DNA of 64,000 nt from Prionailurus viverrinus. Lineage: Eukaryota. The notes beneath the pieces were generated by a model. It did not search any database and was not told where the DNA came from. It saw only the letters and a program-made list of their open reading frames with translations. The DNA is taken from contig NC_062561.1 in NCBI RefSeq assembly GCF_022837055.1, positions 552,715 to 616,714 of the forward strand, given 5' to 3'. Below, piece after piece: positions 1-12,305 of the stretch. Every line of letters begins with the position of its first letter. Positions within the stretch are counted from its first letter, which is position 1. Made by a program: the position numbers and the translations under genes.

Positions 1-80
1 CTGCAATAATTTTGTCCGTATAAGTGGATACTAAAAATTACAAAATTCGAAAGTCTTTTCCTTCCCTTCTCCCCACTTAG

Positions 81-249
81 GTGTATATTTGCCTTGATTC
101 TGTAGAAAGTTGTAATCTGTTTAACCAGCATAGTGACACAGATGACAGTGGAGCTAGCTGGGAATCTGAGTCTGAAAGCCTTAACGAAGCACTGAGGAGG
201 TTCAATAAGAATGTGGAAACATTTCCTCTGCTGACGGATTTTAGAACAG
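81..249 (+). CDS. RNF17: Coding exon of a Tudor-domain protein (probable RNF17/TDRD4), encoding the N-terminal part of the last Tudor domain; ends in phase 1
   Basis: Strong acceptor ccttctccccacttag|GTG at 79-80 and donor ACAG|gtatgc at 250-251. Open frame [57 protein letters not shown]. The phase (ends with 1 nt, G) joins exactly to the next exon, giving GAA-ATG-CCT. Confidence 0.55.
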
Positions 250-2818
250 GTATGCTAAATTTTCTGAGTATAATAGGATCCTTAATAAAACCGTTGTTTT
301 GTTTGAATGGACTTTTGAGGCTGGGCTATTTCTAATGTTAACTGATACTTGTACACTTTATAAGCACCATCTCTTTGAATCCACAAGACACTGTAGATGA
401 AGTGTCGTTCTCATTTTCTAGATGAAGGGAAGTAACTGCCTTGGGGCATTTCCATGTTCCAGAACTCGGTCTGCATTGGAAAATTGACTGCATAAGATGA
501 TTTTTCTAAGCCTGAGGTTTTACCATAGCTCAAATTGTGAAAGTTGTCATTCAGACCTAAATGACATTAATTTTAATTACAAACCACCTAAGTTGGTAAT
601 TTTGAAGTAGGATATGGGCACTCAGATTGTGTCCTGTCTTGTCAGGATAGGTCAAATAGTGCTGTATATTTTTCTTCTAATCCATTCCTACCCATCTTTA
701 TTGTATATGTGATTCTTTTAAGAAAAAAATGCATCTCATTACTGGTGTTGACAATTTCTGAAAACCAAGAGTGGTATCTATACATTTTTATCACTATGTG
801 ATACAGAGATGTATTTTTTCTTAGTATTTTGTGTATCAGAGGATAAGCTAAAGCAAAGGAAAGCATGAGCCTAAAATCTTACCTGATTTTACTCAATGAG
901 ATTTTAATTAGTTGTGACTCATGTTTGGCTGATAAACAGCACTCGCTTTCCCTCTGTTCCTCCCCCAAACTGTACATAGCAGTTTAGATGTCTGCTCAAC
1001 CGTCCCCACACTGTAGGTGTTCCCTGCCCTCCCCATAGAAGGTAGCATTGCCCGCCACCCTCCCCTGCCCCCCCCCCCATTTTTGCTCATGCGTACTGCT
1101 TCTTTTTCAAAAAGCACTGTGAGTTGGGACTCTCTGTACCTAATTGTGTCATCAGCAATTAGAAGGGCACCTTGTGCAAGTTAGGTGCTCATAAACATTT
1201 GTTGAAGGAGTGACAAATAAATTCATGATTTTTTCTTTTTATAAACTCAGATTTATAGCCTGGATGAGATAATTCCTTCCTCATTGCGTTCTTGTCTAAA
1301 GGGAAGTCACAGAAACCTACTGTGTGTAATGTGATTATTCATGGAGCTATACATATATTGTGCATTTTCTGTGGGTATTTTATCCTTCAGTAAAAGTTTT
1401 TTTTTTAATATGCATATGTACAAGTTGATTTGTAGGCAAATGCCTATTAAAAAGTTATTTCGTAGGTTAAAATAACATGACGACTAGGTTGGTTGGGTTG
1501 TTGTTGTGTTGTTTTGTTTTGTTTTGTTTTTAATTCTATTTTGAGATGAAACTTCAGCCATGTTTTTAAGGCTGGAAATGGTAAAAGTTGGAAGGACTGT
1601 TAACAGTGATTCAGTCAATTGCTTACTATGCAGACCGCTCTATTAGAGGAGATTCTTTACTGTTTCATTGATAGTCTTCTCTATAAACTCAAATTGTTTA
1701 CAACTCTTTCATAAAAATCTTTGTACTTTAGAGTTGTGTAGTATTTAAATACCATTTGCCCACAACCACACTTTTGTGGAGATTATGTAGAAGAGAATAG
1801 GATAACATACAGAATGAGAGGGGTGGAAGTGGAAGAAGACAGGAGCCTGAAGTATGCTCTGTCTACCCTGAAATCTAAAAGTGTACGAAGAAAAGGGAAG
1901 TAGATACTATACTAATTTTTCCAGTTTTACTCAAGCGTAGCATTCATTCATTAGATTTTTTACCAAGCAATATGGTACCAGATACCATATTAGGAATACA
2001 AATATAGTTCTGCACATAAGAACTAGTGGGCTTGCTGAGAGGGGCATGAACACTAAGTTCAGTATGAAAATAACAGCTTGCATTAAAGGTGTGTTCACAG
2101 TGCCGTAGGATCACAGAGAAACCCACGATTAGTAGTAGTCAGGGCTTTGTAAAATTGGAGCTGATCTTTGAAAGAGAGGTTTATCATTAAAGGGGGCATT
2201 GAGGAACATTCTAGATATGGGGAACAGCCAGGAGCTAAAGTAGAAGCTCAAGTGATTCTAGTTAGGTAACACTTGAGGATATGTGGTAGGAGATGGTTGG
2301 GAGTAGATTGTGAAGAACCCTATATATTGCAGTACTAAGGACTTGATATTGGAGATGTTTATAATGCCGTTGAAGAATTATAAACAAGGGCAATTGAATT
2401 TTTTAAATTTAATCCTGGTGGTTTTCTACAGAATGGATTGAAGGAGGACCACATTGAAAGCAGGAATAGCAGAAAGCATCTTTTGCAGAAGATGATGGCT
2501 CAAATGAAAAGACATTTGGGAAGTCTAAGATGCAAGGGCAGTGCAAGGATGGTCTAAGCCATGGGCAGAGGAACTAGGAACTGTGAGAATGGGAGAAGTA
2601 CCTTTCTTCAGAGTTTAGTGCTTGGGAATTAGGAGAAACAGGTGCATAGACTGTAAGCAGAAACATGCAGGATCCAGTGTTTGACAAACTGTTGAGTGTT
2701 TAGTTCTGAATGATGGGTTTATGGTGTTTACGTTTTCTTTGTACTTTTCTGTATTAAAAACAATTTTGTAAAGAAAATACAAAGCAATGTTATTTTTTCC
2801 TTTTTTCTGTCTTTCTAG

Positions 2819-2954
2819 AAATGCCTTGCCTTGCTGAATATGATGATGGCTTATGGTATAGAGCAAAGATTGTGTCTGTTAAAGACTTTAATCCTCTAGC
2901 TGTCCTGGTGCAATTTGTTGATTACGGATCAACTGAAAAGCTGACAATAAACAG
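2819..2954 (+). CDS. RNF17: Tudor-domain barrel exon ([46 protein letters not shown])
   Basis: Acceptor ttttctgtctttctag|AA at 2817-2818 and donor AACAG|gtttttt at 2955-2956. Canonical Tudor signature (G..C.A.Y.DG.WYRA.I....V.FVDYG..E.V....L). In phase with the exon at 81-249. Confidence 0.65.
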
Positions 2955-3124
2955 GTTTTTTTTTTCTTTTAAGTCAACTTAGTTGAATTAGAATTCTTAG
3001 AGCTTTTTAAAATAATTATTGGGAAAGTTTTGGTTCTTATAAAAGAAAAACTATTTTAAAGCTATTTATTTATTAGGATTTTTTAAATCTATAAGTCTCT
3101 TTATTGTAAGATATAACAAACTTT

Positions 3125-3895
3125 ACCATTTTAGCCATTTTTTTCTTTTTTTTATTTTTCTGTTTCTTTTTTTTAATTTAATTTTTTCTTTTTTAAAATT
3201 TACATCCAAATTAGTTAGCATAGAGTGCAACAATGATTTCAGGAGTAGATTCCTTACTGCCCCTTACCCATTTAGCCCATCCCCCTCCCACAACCCCTCC
3301 AGTAACCCTCAGTTTGTTCTCCATATTTATGAGTCTCTTCTGTTTTGTCCCCCTCCCCGTTTTTATATTATTTTTATTTCCCTTCCTTATGTTCATCTGT
3401 TTTGTCTCTAAAGTCCTCATATGAGTGAAATTATATGATTTTTGTCTTTCTCTAATTTCACTTAGCATAATACCCTCCAGTTCCATCCACGTACTTGCAA
3501 ATGGCAAGATTTCATTGTTTTTGATTGCCGAGTAATACTCCATTGTATGCATATATATATATATATATACACACACACCACATTTTCTTTATCCATTCAT
3601 CCATTGATGGACAGTTGGACTCTTTCCATACTTTGGCTATTGTTGATAGTGCTGCTATAAACATGGGGGTGCCTGTGTCCCTTTGACACAGCACACCTGT
3701 ACCCCACGGATAAATGCCTAGTAGTGCAATTGCTGGGTCGTAGGGTAGTTCTATTTTTAGTTTTTTGAAGAACCTCCATACTGTTTTCCAGAGTGGCTGA
3801 ACCAGCTTGCATTCCCACCAAAAATGCAAAGGCATTTTGGCTTTCTCCGCATCCTTGCCAACATCTGTTGTTGCCTGAGTTGTTAATGTTAGCCA
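3125..3895 (-). mobile_element. LINE-1 (carnivore L1) 3' end: ORF2 C-terminus, 3'UTR and poly(A), seen as poly-T on the + strand
   Basis: The minus-strand ORF gives ...TMEYYSAIKNNEILPFASTWMELEGIMLSEI (L1 ORF2 C-terminus). Poly-T at 3125-3210. Confidence 0.85.
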
Positions 3896-3899
3896 TTCT

Positions 3900-4560
3900 G
3901 ACAGGTGTAAGATGGTACCATTTTAGCCATTTTTAAGCATACATTTAATTGGTGTTAAGTACATTCAGGATGTTGTGCAGCTAATGCCACTGTCCATTTT
4001 CAGGACTTTTTCCTGATCCCACACAGAAATTCTGTGCACGTTAAACAATAACATTCCATTCCTTTTCCTTAGCTACTGAACACCTTTATTCTACTTTCTG
4101 TCTTCATGAATTTGCCCTATTTTAGGTACCTTATATAAGTACTATCATAGAGTATTTGTCCTTCTGTGTCTGGTTTATTTTACTTAGGATAACATTTCCA
4201 GGGCATATTCAATTATAGCATGTATCAGAATTTCATTATTTTTATGGCTAAATAACACTCCTTTGTATATACCACATTTGGTTTATTCATATGTTGATGG
4301 ACACGTGGGCGATTTCCATCCTTTGGCTATTGTGAATAATGCTGCTTGGACATTAATGTACAAGTAGCTGTTTGAGTCCCTGCTTTATGTTGTTTGGTGT
4401 GTATACCTGGAAGTGGAATTGCTGGATCACATAGTAATTTTGTTTAACTTTTTGGGGAACTGCCAAACTTTTCTGCAGTGTCTATACCATTTTACTTTCC
4501 TGCCAGCAATGCATAAGGCTTCCAGTTTCTCCACATCCTTGCCGACACCTGTTTTTTTTC
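3900..4560 (-). mobile_element. Older LINE-1 3' fragment
   Basis: The + strand reads antisense ORF2 (gttgatggacacgtgggcgatttccatcctttggctattgtgaataatgctgc) plus an L1 3'UTR-like segment. Confidence 0.7.
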
Positions 4561-4564
4561 TAAT

Positions 4565-5030
4565 TTTTTTTTGTTTGTAATATTTGATTGTGGTAAAATA
4601 CATGTATCATAAAATTTATGATTTTAACCACTTTTAAATGTACAGTTAAGTAATGTTAACTATACTTACATTGCTATGTAGCCAACCTCCAGAAATCTTT
4701 TCATTTTGCAAAACAGAACCTTTGTACCCTTTAAACAGTATTCCCCCTCTTTTGCCCCTCATCCAGTCCCTGGCAGCCACCATTCTACTTCTTTCCCTAT
4801 GAATTTAACTGTTGTAGGTATCCCATATAAGTAGAATCATGCAGCATTTGTCTTTGTATAACTAGCTTATTTCATTTAGCATAATGTCCTCAAGGTTCAT
4901 CCATGTGGTAGCATGTATCAGGATTTTCTTCCTTTTTAAGGCTGGATAATATCCCATCATTGTATATATTACCTTTTATCTATCCATTCATCCATTGATG
5001 GATATTTTTTTTAATATAATTTACTGTCAA
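4565..5030 (-). mobile_element. LINE-1 3' fragment
   Basis: L1 3'UTR and ORF2-end antisense motifs (catccattgatgg). Poly-T boundary at about 5015-5025. Confidence 0.65.
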
Positions 5031-5034
5031 GTTG

Positions 5035-7380
5035 GCTAACATACAGTGTATGCAGTGTGCTCTTGGTTTTGGGGATAGATTCCCATGATTCATCACTTAC
5101 ATACTAAACCCAGTGCTCATCCCAACAGGTGCCCTCCTCAATGCCCATCACCCATTTCCCCTCTCCCCTGCCGCCCTCATCAACCCTCAGTTTGTTCTTT
5201 GTATTTAAGAGTCTCCTATAGTTTGCCTCCCTCGCTCTCTGTTTGTAACTATTTTTTTTCTTCTTCCCTTCCCCCACGGTCTTCTGTTAAGTTTTTCAAG
5301 ATCCACATATGAGTGAAAACATGATATCTTTCTCTGACTGATGTATTTCACTTAGCATAATACCCTCCAGTCCCATCCACGTTGCTGCAAATGGCATAAT
5401 TTCATTCTTTCTCATTGCCAAGTAGTATTCCATTGTATCTATAAACCACATCTTCTTTATCCATTCATCCATCATTGGACATTTAGACTCTTTCCATAAT
5501 TTGGCTATTGTTGAAAGTGCTACTGTAAACATTGGGGTACATGTGCCCCTGTGAATCAGCACTCCTGTATCCTTTGGATAAATTCCTAGTAGTGCTATTG
5601 CTCTATTTTTAATTTTTTGTGGACCCTCCACACTGTTTTCCAGAGGAGCTGCACCAGTTTGCATTCCCACCAGCAGTGCAAGAGGGTTCCCGTTTCTCCA
5701 CATCCTTGCCAGCATCTGTTGTTTCCTGAGTTTTTAATTTTAGCCACTCTGACTGGTGTGAGATGGTATCTCAGTGTGATTTTTATTTGTATTTCGCTGA
5801 TGATGAGTGACGTTGAGCATTTTTTCATGTCTGTTGGCCATCTGGATGTCTTCTTTGGAAAAGTGTCTATTCGTGTCTTCTGACCACTTCCTCACTGGAT
5901 TATTGGTTTTTTGGGTGTTGAGTTTGGTAAGTTCTTTATAGATTTTGGATACTAACCCTTTATCCAGTATGTCTTTTGCAAATATCTTTTCCCATTCCAT
6001 CGGTTGCCTTTGTTTTGTTGATTTTTCTTTTTTTCAGTGCAGAAGACTTTTATCTCAATGAGGTCCCAATAGTTCATTTTTTCTTTTAATTCCCTTGCCT
6101 TTAGAGATGTGTCAAGCAAGAAATTGCCACGGCTGAGGTCAAAGAGGTTGTTGCCTGCTTTCTCTTCTAGGGTTTTGATGGTTTCCTGTCCCACATTTAG
6201 GTCTTTCATACATTTTGAATTTATTTTTGTGTGTGGTGTAAGAAAGTGGCCCAGGTTCATTTTTCTGCATGTTGTGGTCCAGTTCTCCCAGCACCATTTG
6301 CTAAGGAGACTTTTTTCCATTGGATACTCTTTCCTGCTTTGTCAAAGATTAGTTGGGCATACATTTGTGGGTCCAATTCTGGGTTCTCTCTTCTGTTCCA
6401 TTGGTCTATGTGTCTGTTTTTGTGCCAATACCATTCTGTCTTGATGATTACAGATTTGTAGCAGAGGCTAAAGTCTGGGATTGTGATGCCTCCCACTTTT
6501 GTTTTCTTTTCCAACATAACTTTGGCTATTCAGGGTTTTTGTGGTTCCATAAAAAGTTTAGGATTATTTGTTCTAGCTTTGAGAAGAATGCCTGTGCAAT
6601 TTTGATTGGGATTGCACTGAATGTGTAGATTGCTTTGGGTAGTATTGACATTTTAACAATATTTGTTCTTCCAATCCATGAGCATGGAATGTTTTTCTAT
6701 TTCTTTGTGTCTTCTTCAATTTCCTTCATAAGTTTTCTGTAGTTTTCAGCATACAGATCTTTTACATCTTTGGTTAGGTTTATTCCTAGGTATTTTATGG
6801 TTCTTGGTGCAATTGTAAATGGGAATGATTTCTTGATTTCTCTTTCTGTTGCTTCATTATTGGTGTATAGAAATGCAACCAATTTCTGTACACTGATTTT
6901 GTATCCTGCACATTCATAGATATTTTGGTTGATTCCACATTTTAGCTATTGTGAATAATACTGATATGAATGTGAATGTATAAATATCTCTTCAAGACGC
7001 TGCCTTCAGTTCTTTGGGGGTATATACTGAGAAGTGGAATTGCTGGATCACATACTCGTTCTATTTTTAATATTTGGAGGAGCCAGCAAACTGTTTTCCA
7101 TTTTATACCAGGTGTCCCAGGAGTTCCAGTTTCTCTCTACATCCTCACCAACACTCATTATTTTCTGGGGTTTTGATACTAGCCACCCTAGTGGGTGTGA
7201 GGTTACATCTCATTGTGGCTTTGATTTGCATTTCCCTGATGATTAGTGATGTTGAGTTCTTTTCATGTGCTTGTTGGCCATTTATGTATCTTCTTTGGAG
7301 AAATGTCTACTTTTTAATGTATATTTGCTATCATTCTGTAGGTTGTTTTTTCACTTTGTTGATTATGTCCTTTGCACAGT
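5035..7380 (-). mobile_element. LINE-1 3' half (ORF2 RT-thumb to C-terminus plus 3'UTR), 5'-truncated
   Basis: Minus-strand ORFs at 5296-5715, 5595-5828 and 5952-6320 translate to L1 ORF2 (…[29 protein letters not shown]…, …DEWIKKMWFIDTMEYYLAMRKNEIMPFAATWMGLEGIMLSEI). Confidence 0.85.
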
Positions 7381-7604
7381 TTTTTTTTTTTTTCAACATT
7401 TTTTTTTTAATTTATTTTTGGGACAGAGAGAGACAGAGCATGAATGGGGGAGGGGCAGAGAGAGAGGGAGACACAGAATCGGAAACAGGCTCCAGGCTCC
7501 GAGCCATCAGCCCAGAGCCTGACACGGGGCTCGAACTCCCGGACCGCGAGACCGTGACCTGGCTGAAGTCGGACGCTTAACCGACTGCGCCACCCAGGCG
7601 CCCC
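7381..7604 (-). mobile_element. Carnivore tRNA-derived SINE (CanSINE/SINEC)
   Basis: Reverse complement of GGGGCGCCTGGGTGGCGCAGTCGGTTAAGCGTCCGACTTCAGCC...; poly-T side at 7381. Confidence 0.9.
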
Positions 7605-7682
7605 CTTTGCACAGTTTTTAATTTTGTTGTAGTCCAGTTTATTTTTTCTTCTCTTGTTTGTGCTTTTGGTGTCACAGCTAAG

Positions 7683-7722
7683 ACTTCATTGCCAAATCCA
7701 ATGTCCAAACCTTTATACCTAT
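7683..7722 (+). CDS. Candidate 40-nt bridging exon (R)LHCQIQCPNLYTY. Its length (1 mod 3) is exactly what is needed to connect the 2954 exon (phase 2) to the 7825 exon (phase 0)
   Basis: Polypyrimidine tract followed by cacagctaag|ACTTC as acceptor. Weak donor CCTAT|gtttta. Phase arithmetic only; no strong protein signature. Confidence 0.2.
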
Positions 7723-7824
7723 GTTTTAGTTTTGGCTGTTAGAGAATTTTAATCAGGACATTCTGAACATTTTAAGAATTTCTTTTGTGACAGACTGCGT
7801 CAGATTCCTCTTCATCTTATGCAG

Positions 7825-7983
7825 TATCCAGCCCGAGCCATAAAGGTTCTCTTGGCAGGGTTTAAACCTCCCTTAAGAGATCCAGGGAAGACCAGAATAC
7901 CATATTGTCCCAAATGGAGCATGGAAGCACTGTGGGCTATGATAGACTGTCTTCAAGGGAAACAACTTTATGCTTCTTCCATG
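7825..7983 (+). CDS. RNF17: Exon encoding the C-terminal extension of the Tudor domain ([53 protein letters not shown])
   Basis: Acceptor tcttcatcttatgcag|TAT and donor CCATG|gtaact. 159 nt, phase 0-0. Matches the extended-Tudor pattern lP.qAikc.LagikP....W...A...F. Confidence 0.55.
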
Positions 7984-8054
7984 GTAACTATCTATCTTAA
8001 TTAAATCTACTTGAAGCTATTTCTAGGGTCCCTATTAATTTTCTAAAGTACTTT

Positions 8055-8253
8055 CTTTTTTTTTTGTTTGTTTATTTTTGAGACAGAGAGTTTGAGTGGG
8101 GGAGGGGCAGAGAGAGGGAGACAGAATCAGAAGCAGGTCCAGGCTCTGAGCTGTCAGCACAGAGCCCGACATGGGGCTGGAACTCAAGAACCGAGAGATC
8201 ATAACCTGAGCTGAAGTCAGAGGCTTAACCGTCTGAGCCACCCAGATGCCGCC
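8055..8253 (-). mobile_element. Carnivore SINE
   Basis: SINEC consensus in reverse orientation. Confidence 0.85.
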
Positions 8254-8586
8254 TCTAAAGTGCTTTCAATCTATGCAACTCTAGATGCAAAAAAATTGCT
8301 TTTAAGCATATAAAGCTATAAATATTCAAGATTAATTTTAAGGTTTGTTAAAAGTATGTTTTAGTTTATATTTAGCAAACTTTTATTATAAAATATCATT
8401 GATGTGATCAATCAATAAGATGACAATGATCAAGATGAGTGTCCTGTAGTCAAAGAATTCCTAAGTCAATGAAGGAAATCAAACATTTGTAAACCATTAA
8501 TGAGGTAGAATGAAATACAGTCTATCATATCATAAAAGAAGTATAGGTAACTTGGGGAGGTGGTGTATAAGGATTGATTATTTCCA

Positions 8587-8776
8587 GGGCACCTGGGTGG
8601 CACAAACATCTGACTCTTGATTTCTGCCCATGTCATGATCTCATGGTTAGTGAGTTCAAGCTCCACATGGGGCTCCACACTGTCAGCATGGAGCCTACTT
8701 GGGATTCTCTCTCTCTTCTCTTTCTGCCCCTCCCCTGCTCATGGGCCCTCTCAAAATAAATAAATAAACTTTAAAA
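8587..8776 (+). mobile_element. Carnivore SINE
   Basis: GGGCACCTGGGTGGCAC...TCAAAATAAATAAATAAAC. Confidence 0.85.
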
Positions 8777-9039
8777 AAGGATTATTTCCATCTAAAAAGA
8801 TTAGGATATATATAGTATTTGAACTCCTCCTTAGGCATTCAAATAATAAGTAACAATAATAAAAATAATAAAAAAGTAAAAACAATAATAAGGTAGGTCT
8901 GGGAAGTGAATTGAACTGTATCTGAAAAGTAGGAAAGACCAGAATAGGAATTCTGGTCGAAGTCTTGAAAAGGATGGACGTGTACTAGTTTTGAATTTAA
9001 TGCCGTAGAACTGATCAAAAAGTCCAAATAAACACGTAC

Positions 9040-10765
9040 AGCACTCACGTTCCACACCAAGCACACAGAGAGAAACATACAACACACACTGTACTTATAA
9101 CATGCAAAATAAATGGCAAAGACACACATGCACCACATATCAGACATAAAATATACACCAAACATATACCACACAAAAAACCATGTCATAGAACACACAC
9201 TTACCAAAAACCTTTTACACAAACTACACATAAACCACAAACTTCCCACACACATCATAAAAAACCACACTCAGAGCACACATATACCACGTACATAAAA
9301 CACATTACATACCCACTTGAAATACAACAAACAAGAATTACACAAAACACACAAGACACACAAATACCGCATATAGCATGCATACCACACACATGCCACA
9401 CAACCACAAGAATACCATTCACACACACCATGTATTCACTGAGACACCAAACATAACACATGAACAACTCAAAAACACACAACACTTAACACACACACAT
9501 ACACCACCAATAACCTACACCACATATACAGCACTCACACCCCACACATAATACAGAGAAACATACAACACACACTACACATACAGAACACACACAAAAA
9601 CCAAATCACCCAAACACCATATACTCATTCAATACATACCAACCACACAAATACATCATTCAACATTCAAACATCACACACCACACCTACATCATACCTA
9701 CAACACATTTATACTATAAACTGCACACAACCCATTCATCACATATATACCATTCACACTGCACATACACCACACATAAATACCATACACCATATACTTA
9801 CCCAACATATAACACAAACACCACACCAAAAACACAAGATACCACACACATATGCCACACATACCTGTCACACAGTACACATGTACCATGTGCACACACA
9901 TATCACACAAACATCAAATATACAACACACACCAAACATATAGCACACTGATACACCACAAAAACACCACACACAAATATACAATATGCACTACAGAAAT
10001 ATCAGTCACACACCACATGGGCACCACATATAACGAACCCAACACTGGAACACCCACACTGCTCACAACAGACACTAGCATAAACCACACACTAAGGCGG
10101 GTAGCACACACACAACACACAAAACACACAGGGAATATAAACACATACTGCGTACCTGACACTAATACACTATTTACACACCACACATACCAAATATCTG
10201 CCACGCAAACATATCACACAACAAACACCATGCACACCACTCATACACCACACATACAACTCTTATACTACACACTTATACTACACACACTGCACACACA
10301 AGTATATGCCACATACACATACATGTTTGATACACCATGCACATCTCACACATAATGCACACATTACACACAACGCATACTACACACACACCATGCCCCA
10401 GTCAAAACCACTCACACTGCTCATATTACCAGACACACACAACACACAGCACACAAGCATCACATACACCAAACATACAGCACACACAAACTACACATAA
10501 CCCACATCTAACCCACAAAAACCACACCAAAATATAGCACACTACAGAAATATTATTCATACACCACATATACACCACACACATACCAACATAACACATA
10601 AACCACACACACACTAAAACACCACTCAGCACCACACATAACACACACAAAACGCACAACACATACAGAATACACATAACATACTGCACACACATTACCC
10701 ACATATCACATACACACCATGCGTACAACACACACACCACACCTATATCATGCATATAACACATT
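9040..10765. repeat. About 1.7 kb degenerate AC-rich (CA/CACAT-type) satellite-like array with apparent higher-order periodicity
   Basis: Continuous A+C-only composition on the + strand (TG-rich on the minus strand). Similar ~60-90 bp blocks recur at roughly 500 bp spacing (9040-9100 vs 9530-9590; 9940-10030 vs 10525-10575). The His/Thr-rich + ORFs and Cys/Val-rich - ORFs here are low-complexity artefacts. Confidence 0.85.
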
Positions 10766-10837
10766 TATGGAAAAAAACAAAGGTTCAAATAAGAAAGTCC
10801 AGATCATGTTTAATATAAATATTCTTTCTTTAAAAAA

Positions 10838-11048
10838 AATTTTTTTAACGTTTTATTTATTTTTGAGACAGGGAGAGACAGAGCATGAACAGGGGAGGGT
10901 CAGAGAGAGGGAGACACAGAATCCAAAACAGGCTCCAGGCTCTGAGCTGTCAGCACAGAGCCCGACGCGGGGCTCGAACTCACGGACTGCAAGATCATGA
11001 CCTGAGCCGAAGTCGGCCACTTAACCGACTGAGCCACCCAGGCACCCC
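10838..11048 (-). mobile_element. Carnivore SINE
   Basis: SINEC consensus in reverse orientation, ending ...GAGCCACCCAGGCACCCC. Confidence 0.85.
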
Positions 11049-11860
11049 TAAATATTCTTTCTTTAGAGGATTAGCATGTCACAAAGGGGTGTCCCATAGA
11101 CAGAATCTAGCCTGAACCTGTTTTATTTAGTGCAGTGTTTAAAATTGGAAAAACTCACCCCCCAAAATTCTGTATTTCTAACTTCTGGTTAAATATTATA
11201 AATTCCAGGAATCCTAGGTCTCCTGTCCAAACTGGCACTCAGCCAGAGTGGTATAGCAACAACCCCTTTGAATGGAAATACACTCTTTAATTCAGCCTGG
11301 TCCTCAACACTATTGTTTCGGCCCAACCTACCCAGGATTTGGGGATTCCTGACGTACTGGCTCTGACAAGAATGAGCTCTTAATGAAACAACTAGAAAGT
11401 ACATTTTGAAAACCCCTAGAGGTACATATCATGCTTCTGTGTGTGCAGAGTAAATAACTTATGTATGGTTTCTCTCAGGAAGCCAGTGGAAACACAGAGT
11501 TGTAAGTATTTTTACAGATAAATGTATTTATTTACCACCATGAATAACATTCAGAATTTGGTCAGTTTATGCATAAAGGTACATGGGTAGAATATAAATG
11601 AATTTTAACAGGGATGGTAGTGTTAAAGCCCATTGGCTCAATCTAGGTAAACTTTTGGGAAGACTTAAATTTTAAATAAAGTATAAGAATGGGAAGAATG
11701 GGATTTAATAGGAAACCATCACAAAGACCTCTTTAAAGTATAAATTATTAATAAATTTGGAGAATGCCTTTTCCTTCCAGTGTGATACAGGCAAAATGTA
11801 GGAGAGAAAAGCCAGCAAAGACCTTACTGTATTTTCTTGACAACTGTCTTTTAATTTTAG

Positions 11861-11959
11861 GCTCAGGCACCAGAACAAATAGTGACGTTATATGAAGATG
11901 AACAGTATCCAGTTCATATGTCATTAGTAGAAATGGGGCTGGCAGACCAAGACGAATGA
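11861..11959 (+). CDS. RNF17: Terminal coding exon ([32 protein letters not shown]) of the Tudor gene. Stop TGA at 11957-11959.
   Basis: Acceptor ttttaattttag|GCT. In phase 0 with the 7825-7983 exon. The stop codon is immediately followed by gtaagt (11961-11966), suggesting a 3'UTR intron. Confidence 0.5.
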   Translation, partial: AQAPEQIVTLYEDEQYPVHMSLVEMGLADQDE

Positions 11960-12299
11960 TGTAAGTATCATGACTTCTTGTTCACCCTTATGATCAGCAT
12001 AAAGCATGCAACTAACATAGTGGAGATTAATACTAAATTGCCCATAAAAGCATCTTTGGATTTTCCTTGATTTCTCAAAGAATGATAACAAAGCTCAACA
12101 AGACTCTTCTAGACTTCTTTGTAGGCCCTTTTCACCTATTGAATACCAGAACCAGAGAGGATCTGCATCTGTAAGAATGCTTGGAATGGCTATCATGACT
12201 ATTCATAGTACCAGATAGTTGTTGGGGATGGGCACTAGAAGTAATTTAAGCACACAAGGATATGGTATGCACAGAACACTGTTGAACAATCCATGTCCT

Positions 12300-12305
12300 A
12301 ATAAA
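12300..12305 (+). promoter_or_regulatory. AATAAA polyadenylation-signal candidate downstream of the Tudor-gene stop
   Basis: AATAAA hexamer about 340 nt after the stop. A second hexamer lies at 12584-12589, after a possible 3'UTR acceptor at 12427-12428. Confidence 0.25.

Noticed and set aside
7074-7580. 168-aa plus-strand ORF
   Set aside because: It spans the antisense of an L1 ORF2 fragment and a minus-strand SINE. Peptides such as …[37 protein letters not shown]… recur wherever the ORF track crosses a SINE (e.g. 10885-11115, 34562-34822, 24678-24881) and are repeat-derived.
9113-10764. Multiple 60-170 aa ORFs (His/Thr-rich on +, Cys/Val/Met-rich on -) across the AC-rich array
   Set aside because: These are pure low-complexity artefacts of an A+C-only sequence, with no start, splice or codon-usage support.
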